A DNA stretch of 42,686 bases from Halobacteriaceae archaeon (GCA_042217215.1 JBDGTC010000090.1:1-42686); one strand, 5' to 3'; shown: positions 8,345-16,395, counted from the first letter of the stretch. Notes: a model not told the origin generated them from the sequence alone. Made by a program: numbers and translations.

Positions 8345-8354
8345 TTATATTAAA
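8345..8354 (-). promoter_or_regulatory. Putative TATA box (TTTAATATAA on the minus strand) of the protease pseudogene
   Basis: Centred about 26 nt upstream of ATG 8324. About 60 bp of upstream sequence is alignable with the region upstream of the intact copy. Confidence 0.4.
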
Positions 8355-8748
8355 CATTTCCATCATATAGGATGCATATAAAACAATTCTCAATGTCCTT
8401 TCGGAGAGGGAAAGAACCATCGCGCCCACGTCACGTCGGCCTCGTATCGGGCGGTTGCCGGCCCGGACGGCCGGCATAGTGCTGGGAGCACTGAAGCCCG
8501 AGGTCCGGTGCACCAGTCGAGACAGCGGTACGCAGTCCCCCGGCCGCACCTTGGCGGGCCGCCCCGGGGACTCTGGTATCCCGTTCGCGCTGACCGCGCC
8601 TGTCGGTCGCCCTCCGCCCTGATGCCCGAACAGCGGGCCGTCTTCGGACGTCGTCGGCACCGCGAACCGGCCGGGCGCACACCGGTGCCGGTGAGCACAG
8701 TCCGCGACCACGGCCGAGTCGTGCATGCCGCCGTGGCCGGCGGCCGCC

Positions 8749-9768
8749 TCAGCCGGTCCCCTGGTCGGCGTCCGCCTCGATCGGGTCCCCCTCGGGGCCC
8801 GTAATCACGTGTCGAGTCCCGTCGAGGGTGACGTAGGACAGCTCCTGACCCTCGTCGACGAAGACCACCTCCTTCCGATCGTCGCCGGTCCAGTCGATGG
8901 CGACCACCGGCGCCTTCTTCGCGTAGTCGGCCCCCGCGAGTGCGGTCGTGTCGCCGTCCTCGCTCACGACCACCACGTTCTCGCCCCTCGTCGGGTTGAT
9001 CGACGGGAGGCGGACCCGCCCGTCGCCGTCCATGTCGCGTGGCTCGCCGACCCCGTACGGCGCGCTGTTCCCCACCGCGTGGACGCCGGGACGGTGGACC
9101 GCGCCGTCGTCGAAGTACGCCGGGTGGCCGTCGTTGTCGACGAAGACGACGTCGGCGTCGCCGTCGCCGTCGTAGTCCGCGACGCCGGCGACGGCCTTGA
9201 CGTTCCGCGCGGCGTCGACGGCGAGTTCGTTGCGCTCGCCGCTCGGGTCGCCCGGGGTGTACCGGTAGCTGTTCCCGTCGCCGTTGTCGACGTAGAACAC
9301 CGACGTCTCGGTGTCGAGCGTCGCGTTCCCCCACTCGCCGACAGCGAGGTGTCGCTTCCCGGCGTCGCTGACGAGGACGTCGCTCTCGTTCGCGGCGTCG
9401 ATGATCACGAGGTCGTTCTGGCCGTCGACGTACGGCACCTCGAGGCGACCGTCGCCGTCGAGGTCCCGTTTCAGCGGCCCGATCGCCTCGGCGTTCCAGT
9501 CGCCCTGGTCCGGGACGGGGCTGTACGTGCGGACGGCTCCCCCCGGCGCGACGGCGTGGAGGGTCCCCCGCTCGTCGGTGTACACGACCGCGGGTACGCC
9601 ACCGCCCGCGCCGCCGTCCGGCCGGAAGTCGCCCCGGTCGACGTCCCGGGCCCACTGGAGGTCCCAGACGCGGACGTCCGGGAACGTGACGGCGAACATC
9701 GACGCGAGGAGGATGGTGACGATCACCATCGCGAGCACCCCGATGACGGGGCTGATGGCCCGTTCCAT
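8749..9768 (-). CDS. Fusion of an archaeal pilin-like class III signal peptide with FG-GAP-like (DxDGDG) beta-propeller repeats
   Basis: The N-terminus MERAISPVIGVLAMVIVTILLAS is followed by repeated Ca-binding-like motifs: DLDGDGRLEV, ADYDGDGDADVVFVD, DMDGDGRVRL, DWTGDDRKEVVFVD. GC3 bias is strong. Confidence 0.75.
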   Translation of the reverse strand: MERAISPVIGVLAMVIVTILLASMFAVTFPDVRVWDLQWARDVDRGDFRPDGGAGGGVPAVVYTDERGTLHAVAPGGAVRTYSPVPDQGDWNAEAIGPLKRDLDGDGRLEVPYVDGQNDLVIIDAANESDVLVSDAGKRHLAVGEWGNATLDTETSVFYVDNGDGNSYRYTPGDPSGERNELAVDAARNVKAVAGVADYDGDGDADVVFVDNDGHPAYFDDGAVHRPGVHAVGNSAPYGVGEPRDMDGDGRVRLPSINPTRGENVVVVSEDGDTTALAGADYAKKAPVVAIDWTGDDRKEVVFVDEGQELSYVTLDGTRHVITGPEGDPIEADADQGTG

Positions 9769-9880
9769 GCGCCCGGCTTGGTCGCCGGAGGGGATGGGCG
9801 GCGGACCTAATCAGTTGTCCCGGCGGTCGCGCGCGGCGCCGGACCGGTATGCCCTTGCCGCGGGCGTCCCGAGGAGGGAT

Positions 9881-10084
9881 ATGGAGACCTGGAAACTCCT
9901 CCTCGGCGCCGCCGGGGTCCTGGTGGTGTTCGGGGCCATCGTCTCGGTCGCGGCCCCCGACGTCTCGCCCCCGGTCCTGGTCGGGGCGCTCCTCCTCCTC
10001 GCGGTGGGGGCGGCGCTGACGGTCCGGAGCTACCGGTTCGGCCGGCAGATCGGGAACCGGATGGCCGAGCGCCGCGACGAGTGA
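9881..10084 (+). CDS. Small membrane protein (two TM helices), function unknown
   Basis: METWKLLLGAAGVLVVFGAIVSVAAPDVSPPVLVGALLLLAVGAALTV.., the tail of ORF 9311..10084, taken from an internal ATG. Confidence 0.5.
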   Translation: METWKLLLGAAGVLVVFGAIVSVAAPDVSPPVLVGALLLLAVGAALTVRSYRFGRQIGNRMAERRDE

Positions 10085-10150
10085 GTCAGACGGGGTCGGG
10101 AGGACCGCCCCGCCGGTGTCCGTCGGTCGACACCTGCGGATTCCAAACGG

Positions 10151-10156
10151 TTATAT
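10151..10156 (+). promoter_or_regulatory. Putative TATA box (TTATAT)
   Basis: The only AT-rich hexamer in this region. It lies 26-31 nt upstream of GTG 10182, consistent with a leaderless transcript. Confidence 0.35.
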
Positions 10157-10181
10157 CTCGAACTGTGCAACTCCCCCGCAC

Positions 10182-10760
10182 GTGATACTCGTCGTGTCGG
10201 CGGGTGCGACGGACACCGGCGCACTCGACCTGGACGCGCTCGAGGGCCGACGGCTGGAGCGCGTCGACTCGCCGGCCGCGGCGGCGGACTGCCTCGACCG
10301 GGGCGCCGCCGACGTCGTCTGGCTCGCACACGACGAGGTCCCGGTGGAGTTGCTCGAGCGACTCCGGGACGGCGCCTTCGACAACCCGCGGATCCCGGTG
10401 GTGCTCGCCGCGGGCGACGTCCCCGACGACCTCCCGCTGCTCGCCTTCGACCAGGTCGTGGACCCCGCCGGCTCGGCGGGCCCCGAGACCCTCCAGCGCG
10501 CGGTCGAGACGGCGCTCGCGGTGGCCGACTACCAGACCGTGCTCGCGGAGTTCTACGACGCCTGCCAGTCCCGGGCCGACGCGGGCGTCACCGACCCGCT
10601 CGAGGAGTCCGCCCGGCTCCGCGAGCTCCGCGAGTCGGCCGACGACCACCTCGCCGACCTGCTCTGTGACCCCGAGGTGATCGCGGACCTCCTCTGGCAG
10701 CCCGACGGGGCCGCCCCGTCCTTCGGCTTCGAGCCCGTGGACTCCCCGGACGAGCAGTGA
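10182..10760 (+). CDS. Receiver-like (degenerate CheY-fold) domain protein with a HalX-like C-terminal helical region
   Basis: VILVVSAG...DVVWLAHDEVPVELLERLRD...IPVVLAAGD follows the receiver beta-alpha pattern but lacks the N-terminal acidic pair. The C-terminal part (YQTVLAEFYDACQSRA..LRELRESADDHLADL) resembles HalX. The start is inferred from TATA spacing; the track start is 10116. Confidence 0.55.
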   Translation: MILVVSAGATDTGALDLDALEGRRLERVDSPAAAADCLDRGAADVVWLAHDEVPVELLERLRDGAFDNPRIPVVLAAGDVPDDLPLLAFDQVVDPAGSAGPETLQRAVETALAVADYQTVLAEFYDACQSRADAGVTDPLEESARLRELRESADDHLADLLCDPEVIADLLWQPDGAAPSFGFEPVDSPDEQ

Positions 10761-10802
10761 CCGACGAATGGTTTTTACCCGGTGCCGCGGGAGTACGAAC
10801 CG

Positions 10803-11576
10803 ATGGTCGAGGCGTTCGCGGTCGCCAGCGGCAAAGGGGGAACCGGGAAGACCACCGCCACGCTGGCACTCGGGATGGCGCTCGCCGCGGACCACGACGT
10901 CACCGTCATCGACGCCGACACCGGGATGGCGAACCTCCTCTTCCACGCCGGTCTCACCGACGTCGACGTCACGCTCCACGACCTGCTCGTCGCGGTCGAC
11001 GACCGACCCGTCGAGGACGCCGTCTACGAGCGCTACGGCATGCGCGTCGTGCCCTGTGGCACCGACCTCGCGGGCTTCGAGGCCGCCGACCCGGGGCGCC
11101 TGCGCGACGTCGTCGCGACGCTCGCGGCCGACGCCGACGTCGTCCTGCTCGACTCCCCGGCGACGCTGGGCTCGAAGAGCGCCGTCCTGCCGGTCGTGCT
11201 GGCCGACCGGGTCGTCCTCGTCCTCCAGCCCACCGTCCCGGCGCTCTCGGACGGCCTGAAGGTCCAGGAGTACGCGAGGTCGTACGACTCCGGCGTCGCC
11301 GGGCTCCTCTTCAACCAGGTTCACGACGCCGACGCCGTCGCCGACGTTGCCGACCGCACCGAGCGCTACTTCGAGGGCCCGGTGCTCGGGTCGGTGCCCG
11401 ACGACGAGGCCGCGCGGGCGGCCCGCCGCGCCGGCGAACCGCTGCTCGCCCACGCGCCGGAGAGCGACGCGGCGCGCGCGTTCCGCCGCGCCGCGGACGC
11501 GGTCGAGGTGCGCTCGGGCGACGGGGACGCGGTGGCCGAGCGCTTCCGGAGCGCCGTCGTCCCGGACCGCCCCTGA
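10803..11576 (+). CDS. minD: MinD/ParA-family P-loop ATPase (archaeal MinD homolog)
   Basis: Deviant Walker A VASGKGGTGKTT. DADTGMANL and VLLDSPA (Walker B-like) are present. Overall length is about 257 aa. Confidence 0.85.
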   Translation: MVEAFAVASGKGGTGKTTATLALGMALAADHDVTVIDADTGMANLLFHAGLTDVDVTLHDLLVAVDDRPVEDAVYERYGMRVVPCGTDLAGFEAADPGRLRDVVATLAADADVVLLDSPATLGSKSAVLPVVLADRVVLVLQPTVPALSDGLKVQEYARSYDSGVAGLLFNQVHDADAVADVADRTERYFEGPVLGSVPDDEAARAARRAGEPLLAHAPESDAARAFRRAADAVEVRSGDGDAVAERFRSAVVPDRP

Positions 11577-11577
11577 C

Positions 11578-12124
11578 ATGCGCGGGACCCTCGTCCGCTC
11601 CCGGGTGGTCGACGACCCGGGCGTCGGCCTCGCGACGGCGCTCGAGCGCTCGCTCACCGGGCGTCCCGGTCGCCGCCGTCCACGCCGACCGGGCGGGCGC
11701 GGACGCGGTGGCGGCCGTCGCCGGCCGCGGCCCGTACCGCCTCGCGCTCTACGAGTCGGGAGACGCGGGCGTCGACGCGCCGGACGCGGCGGTCGGCCCC
11801 GGCGTCCCCGCGGAGGTGCTCGCGGACGACCCCGCGCTGGCCGATCGCTGCCGCGAGCGGGCGCCGGCGGGCGCCGGCGACCCCGGCGAGTCCGCCGACG
11901 CGCTCGCGGCCTTCCTCGAGAACGAGGAGAAGATCGCGGCCATCCAGGAGCGTGCCCGCCGCGAGGCCGAGCGCCGCGCCGCGGAGTGGGGCATCGACGT
12001 CGACGGCGGGGGAGGCGACGCCGGTGCGGGCGGCTCGACCGACCCCGACTCCGGTCCGCACGTGCCGCCGGGCGACGGTGCGGGCGACGGGCCGCTCGGG
12101 GATCCTCCGCCCGACGAGCGGTGA
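11578..12124 (+). CDS. Acidic protein of unknown function downstream of minD, with an apparent +1 frameshift near 11662
   Basis: ATG 11578 lies 1 nt after the minD stop. The first 28 codons (MRGTLVRSRVVDDPGVGLATALERSLTG) all end in G or C. From 11663 the GC3 signal moves to the next frame (VPVAAVHADRAGADAVAAVAGRGPYRLALYESGD...FLENEEKIAAIQERARREAERRAAEWGIDVDGG..*, ending at 12124). That frame has no start codon between 11579 and the junction. Confidence 0.5.
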
Positions 12125-12138
12125 GTCCCCCGTGCTGG

Positions 12139-12248
12139 CGCCCCGGTCTCTCCTCGCGGGCGCCCCGGTCCCTGCTCGCGGGCGGCCCGGTCCCGTTTCC
12201 CCAGTCCCCGGGTCCCTTTTCCCCAGTCCCCGGGTCCCTTTTGGTCAC
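12139..12248. repeat. Five tandem 22-bp units, progressively diverging, upstream of the cupin gene
   Basis: Units start at 12139, 12161, 12183, 12205 and 12227. They read CGCCCCGGTCTCTCCTCGCGGG, CGCCCCGGTCCCTGCTCGCGGG, CGGCCCGGTCCCGTTTCCCCAG, TCCCCGGGTCCCTTTTCCCCAG and TCCCCGGGTCCCTTTTGGTCAC. The shared core is CC(C/G)GGTC(C/T)C. Confidence 0.7.
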
Positions 12249-12266
12249 ACGCGCGCCAGTCGCTCC

Positions 12267-12659
12267 ATGGGCTACCACGTACTCGACCCGGAGGCGCTCG
12301 ACGACTCGCCGACGTTCCCGTGCGACCGGCGCTCGCTGTCCGACGCCGCCGGCCTCGAGGCGCTCCACGCCGCGGTGTACGAGGTGGCGCCCGGCGAGTC
12401 ACTCGCCAGGGGGTACCACTACCACCGCCGGCGGGAGGAGCTGTTCTGGGTGCTTTCCGGCCGGCTGTCCGTCGACACACCCGAGCGCGTCTACGAGGTT
12501 CCGGCGGGGCGGGCGTTCGTCGCGGAGCCGGAGAGCCCCATCGACCCGCACAATCCCGCGGACGCGGCGGACCCGGCCCGTGTCCTCGGCGCCGGCGCCC
12601 CCGCCAGTGACCCCGGGCTCCCGTACGGCGCCGGGGGAGACGGGACCGGCGGCGAGTGA
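12267..12659 (+). CDS. Cupin-domain protein
   Basis: MGYHVLDPEAL...EVAPGESLARGYHYHRRREELFWVLSGRLSVDTPERVYEVPAGRAFV. This matches the G-x5-H-x-H...E and beta-barrel pattern typical of cupins. Confidence 0.7.
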   Translation: MGYHVLDPEALDDSPTFPCDRRSLSDAAGLEALHAAVYEVAPGESLARGYHYHRRREELFWVLSGRLSVDTPERVYEVPAGRAFVAEPESPIDPHNPADAADPARVLGAGAPASDPGLPYGAGGDGTGGE

Positions 12660-12767
12660 CGGGGGCCGGAACCGACGCCACCCGCCGGAGGGCGACGCCG
12701 GCGGGCGAATCGCCCCGCCGGCACGCGGTTCCGCGGGCGGTCGGCTGACGAAAGCACTAAGTGGGTA

Positions 12768-13571
12768 TTGACGAAAATCCCCCCGAAAACCGTGTCTCTC
12801 ACAGGTGTACCCGGCGGGCCCGTGCTTGCGCAGGCCGGGGGGTTGATTCCGCGAGGGTCCCGCGTGGACGTGTTCGCGCAGATCTTCAACGTGTTCCTGG
12901 TTCTGGGCACGCTCGTCGGCGTGGTGGTCATCGGCTACATGGTGTACAACGCGTACAAGTACCGCGCCGACAGGGGCGCGGGCGAGGGGAAGGTCGACCA
13001 GCGGCCCCAGCTCGGGGAGCTCCCGCAGGGCGGTGGGGGCGGACGGAAGCTCTTCCTCTCGTTCACGCTCAGCGCCATCATCGTCCTCTCGCTCATCGCG
13101 TGGACGTACGGCACGCTGCTGTACGTCGAGGGGAAGACCACGATGGACGGGCAGGAGGCCGACCTCGTCGTCGAGGTCACCGGCATGCAGTTCTCCTGGG
13201 AGTACACGTACCCCGACGGTCGGACGACCGACACGCTCCACGTGCCGGAGGACGCGGTGGTCAAGTTGAAGGTGACGTCGGCCGACGTGTTCCACAACTT
13301 CGGCGTGCCCGCGTTGCGCGTGAAGGCCGACGCGATCCCCGGCGAGACCACGGAGACGTGGTTCGTCGCGGAGGAGGAGGGGACCTACGCCGCACACTGC
13401 TATGAGATCTGCGGCGTGGCCCACTCCTACATGGACAGCAAGGTGGTGGTCCACTCTCAGGCCGAGTACGAGGAGTGGGCGTCGCAGGACGACGCGTCCG
13501 GTACCCGGTCCGCGTCGGCGTCCGGGAATAGGAGCGGTGCGAGCGCCATCGCGGCGCCGGCGGGGGTGTAA
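12768..13571 (+). CDS. coxB: Cytochrome c oxidase subunit II (CuA subunit)
   Basis: DVFHNFGVPALRVKADAIPGETTETWF and the CuA ligand motif HCYEICGVAHSYM are present, with two N-terminal TM helices. The exact start is uncertain (non-ATG start in the track). Confidence 0.85.
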   Translation: MTKIPPKTVSLTGVPGGPVLAQAGGLIPRGSRVDVFAQIFNVFLVLGTLVGVVVIGYMVYNAYKYRADRGAGEGKVDQRPQLGELPQGGGGGRKLFLSFTLSAIIVLSLIAWTYGTLLYVEGKTTMDGQEADLVVEVTGMQFSWEYTYPDGRTTDTLHVPEDAVVKLKVTSADVFHNFGVPALRVKADAIPGETTETWFVAEEEGTYAAHCYEICGVAHSYMDSKVVVHSQAEYEEWASQDDASGTRSASASGNRSGASAIAAPAGV

Positions 13572-13577
13572 CACAGC

Positions 13578-16109
13578 ATGTCACGCGACGATGCGGTCAC
13601 GGACGGCGGTGAACTGCCGGCGAGCGAAGCGGCCGGACACGGCGACGGGGGCGGCCACGGGTTCCCCCCGATGTCCTCGCTGAAGCGCTGGCTGGTGACG
13701 ACGAACCACAAGGACGTCGGCATCCTCTACACGGTCACGGCGCTGTTCTTCCTCATCTTCGGGGGCGTGCTGGCGCTCCTCATGCGCCTCCAGCTGTGGA
13801 CGCCCGGCGTGGGCATCCTCTCGAACTCCGCGTACAACCAGGCCGTGACGACCCACGGGCTCATCATGATCTTCTGGTTCCTCTCGCCCTTCGCCTTCGG
13901 GTTCGCGAACTACGTCGTGCCGCTCCAGATCGGCGCGAAGGACCTCGCGTTCCCCCGGCTGAACGCCCTCTCCTACTGGCTCTACCTCTTCTCCGGCGTG
14001 CTGATGGGCATCTCGTACTTCCAGGGATCGACGTTCTCGGGCGGGTGGACGATGTACGCCCCGCTGAACATCCCCGTGTACACGCCGCAGGTGGGCGGGA
14101 GCACGGCCATCCTCGCGCTGCTGATGTTCACCGCGTCGGTGACCGTCGGCTCGGTGAACTTCCTGACGACGATGCACCGCATGCGCGCGGAGGGGCTCAC
14201 GATGCGCCGCCTCCCGCTGTTCACGTGGTCCATCCTCCTGACGGTGTGGATGATGCTGTTCGCGTTCGCGGCGCTGCTCGCGGCGCTGATGATCCTCTCG
14301 GCCGATCGCCTGCTCGGCACCACGTACTTCGCGGCGACGGGCCACTCCGGGGCGCTGCTCTGGACCCACCTGTTCTGGTTCTTCGGTCACCCCGAGGTGT
14401 ACATCGTCTTCTTCCCGGCGCTGGGGGCGATGGCCGAGATCTTCCAGACGTTCACGGGCCGGCGCATCGTCGGCCGGAAGTGGTTCATCGCCGCGATGGT
14501 GCTCGTGGCGCTCCAGTCCTTCGTGGTCTGGATGCACCACATGTTCCTCACGGCGATCAACCTCCAGATCAAGACGCTGTTCATGGCGACGACCATCGGC
14601 ATCTCGCTGCCGTTCGACCTGATGGTCTTCTCGCTCATCTACACGATGATCAAGGGTCGTATCCGGTACACGACGCCGTTCCTGTTCTGTCTTGGTGCGC
14701 TCATTCTGTTCATCGTCGGCGGCATCACCGGCGTCTTTCTGGGCGCCGTGGTGCTCGACTACGAGTTCCGGGGCACCTACTGGGTGGTCGCGCACTTCCA
14801 CTACGTGATGGTCGGCGGCGTCACGGCGCTGGTCGGCGGCCTCTACTACTGGTTCCCGAAGATGACCGGGAAGATGTACGACGAGTTCCTCGGGAAGGTC
14901 CACTTCGCGCTGTACTTCGTCGGGTTCAACCTGCTGTACTTCCCGATGTTCGTCGCCTGGGAGACCCCGCGGCGGGTCTTCGAGTACGAGGCGGCGTACA
15001 CCACCTGGCACCAGCTCGCGACCGTCGGGGCGTTCCTGCTCGGCGGCTCGTTCCTCGTGATGTTCTACAACCTCGGGAGGTCGGCCGTCGCCGGCGAGCC
15101 CGTCGAGGGCAACCCGTGGGAGTATGCGACGACCGCCGAGTGGGCCGTGCCCTCGCCCCCGCCGCTGGAGAACTTCCCCGGCGTCCCGAGCTACGCCTCG
15201 GGGGCGCTCGAGTTCCTCGGGACGGAGGAGGCCGACACGCCGGCCGCGGCCGCCGGCGACGCGGCCGCCACCGACGGCGGACACGCGAGCGCGGACGCGG
15301 CCGGACACGGCGACCACGAGGCGAGCCACGCCAGCATCTGGCCCTTCGTCGTCGGTCTCGGGTCGATGTTCTTCCTCCTCGGGCTCTCCGGGATGACGGG
15401 CGGGACCTTCGCGACGGGGGCGACCGGTATCGTCTACCTCGCCTGTCTCACCGTCGGCGCCGCGGTGGGCTTCGGCGGCCTCGTGGCGATGACGCGCGAG
15501 CCGTTCCACGGCCTCAGCGGCCCGTTCGGCGAGAGCTGGCCGTTCACCGACGTCGAGAACACCAAGCTGGGGATGTGGTTCTTCCTGGCCTCCGACGTCG
15601 TGCTGTTCGGCGGCTTCATCGGCTCGTACATCTTCGTGCGGGTCGCGTCGGGGTGGCAGGCCTGGGAGCTCGTCCCCGGCGACCCGCTCCCGGGGCTGGT
15701 GAACACGTACATCCTGCTCACCTCCAGCTTCGCGGTCGTCCTCGCGATGGACGCCGCGGAGAAGGAGAGCCGGCGCGGGGTGGTCGCGAGCCTCCTGATG
15801 ACGCTCTTCCTCGGGCTGGGATTCCTCGCGAACAAGGGCGTGGAGTGGAACCACCTCTACCACGAGGCCCACGCCGAGTCGTTCCTCGCGCTCCTCTCGC
15901 ACGGCATCGAGGAGTCGACGTACTTCCTCACCACCGGTCTCCACGGGGCGCACGTCATCGTCGGGCTGATCATCACGCTGTACCTGGTCGCCCGCGCCGC
16001 CCGCGGCGCCTACCTCGGGGACAACCGCCCGCTGGAGTACTTCGGGCTGTACTGGCACTTCGTGGACATCGTGTGGCTGTTCCTGTTCCCGCTGTTCTAC
16101 ATCCTCTAG
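13578..16109 (+). CDS. coxA: Cytochrome c oxidase subunit I fused to subunit III
   Basis: 843 aa. The N-terminal roughly 560 aa carry haem-copper oxidase subunit I motifs (WFFGHPEVYI, HHMF, VAHFHYVM). The C-terminal roughly 250 aa resemble subunit III (MWFFLASDVVLFGGF.., HGAHVIVGLI.., YWHFVDIVWLFLF). Confidence 0.9.
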   Translation: MSRDDAVTDGGELPASEAAGHGDGGGHGFPPMSSLKRWLVTTNHKDVGILYTVTALFFLIFGGVLALLMRLQLWTPGVGILSNSAYNQAVTTHGLIMIFWFLSPFAFGFANYVVPLQIGAKDLAFPRLNALSYWLYLFSGVLMGISYFQGSTFSGGWTMYAPLNIPVYTPQVGGSTAILALLMFTASVTVGSVNFLTTMHRMRAEGLTMRRLPLFTWSILLTVWMMLFAFAALLAALMILSADRLLGTTYFAATGHSGALLWTHLFWFFGHPEVYIVFFPALGAMAEIFQTFTGRRIVGRKWFIAAMVLVALQSFVVWMHHMFLTAINLQIKTLFMATTIGISLPFDLMVFSLIYTMIKGRIRYTTPFLFCLGALILFIVGGITGVFLGAVVLDYEFRGTYWVVAHFHYVMVGGVTALVGGLYYWFPKMTGKMYDEFLGKVHFALYFVGFNLLYFPMFVAWETPRRVFEYEAAYTTWHQLATVGAFLLGGSFLVMFYNLGRSAVAGEPVEGNPWEYATTAEWAVPSPPPLENFPGVPSYASGALEFLGTEEADTPAAAAGDAAATDGGHASADAAGHGDHEASHASIWPFVVGLGSMFFLLGLSGMTGGTFATGATGIVYLACLTVGAAVGFGGLVAMTREPFHGLSGPFGESWPFTDVENTKLGMWFFLASDVVLFGGFIGSYIFVRVASGWQAWELVPGDPLPGLVNTYILLTSSFAVVLAMDAAEKESRRGVVASLLMTLFLGLGFLANKGVEWNHLYHEAHAESFLALLSHGIEESTYFLTTGLHGAHVIVGLIITLYLVARAARGAYLGDNRPLEYFGLYWHFVDIVWLFLFPLFYIL

Positions 16110-16113
16110 ACCA

Positions 16114-16383
16114 ATGACACACACCAGACTCTACACCGTGGTCTACGTGGTCCTGTTCGTCTTCGCGACGGCACAGGTCCTGGTCGAATCGCTCGGCTTC
16201 CTCGAGCAGCTGTACTGGCCCGCGATGGGGCTCATCCTCGTACTCTCGATGGTGAAGGCGGTCCTCGTCGTCGCCTACTACCAGCACCTCCGCTGGGAGC
16301 CCCGGTCGCTCACGTACCTGATGGCCACCGCGCTGCTCGCGGCGCTGGCGCTCACCGTCGCCGCGTCCTACTCCATCCAGTAG
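16114..16383 (+). CDS. Prokaryotic cytochrome oxidase subunit IV-like small membrane protein
   Basis: 89 aa with three hydrophobic helices and a VVAYYQHLRWE motif. It starts 4 nt after the coxA stop. Confidence 0.6.
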   Translation: MTHTRLYTVVYVVLFVFATAQVLVESLGFLEQLYWPAMGLILVLSMVKAVLVVAYYQHLRWEPRSLTYLMATALLAALALTVAASYSIQ

Positions 16384-16395
16384 GCCGCGGCGTCG

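Noticed and set aside
8400-8748. High-GC 350-bp segment as the missing 5' half of the truncated gene at 1267-1569, or as a small gene (ORF 8283..8726 N-terminal part MHDSAVVADCAHRH..)
   Set aside because: It is far too short to supply the missing roughly 300 codons, and no dehydrogenase-like motif appears in any of the six frames. The ORF fuses unrelated high-GC sequence to the pseudogene leader. It is left unassigned.
8390-9655. 421-aa minus-strand ORF, and 361-aa plus-strand ORF 8725..9810, overlapping the pilin/FG-GAP gene
   Set aside because: They are off-frame relative to the 339-aa ORF that carries the class III signal peptide and the DxDGDG repeats. The translations are Arg-rich low-complexity sequence.
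12139-12248. The 22-bp tandem array, and the repeats at 16931-17135, as a CRISPR array
   Set aside because: The units are directly adjacent with no unique spacers, diverge progressively and are too few. No cas genes are in the window.
10086-12368. 760-aa minus-strand ORF spanning the receiver-like, minD and downstream genes
   Set aside because: Its composition is extremely rich in Arg, Pro and Gly, with runs such as RRRRRR. It is antisense to genes with clear motifs (MinD Walker A). It is a typical high-GC shadow ORF.
13581-16124. 847-aa antisense ORF and the 773-aa off-frame ORF (13796..16117) over the oxidase subunit I/III gene
   Set aside because: The sense frame at 13578..16109 has unmistakable haem-copper oxidase motifs. 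The other two frames are Arg/Glu/Pro-rich with no hydrophobic periodicity.
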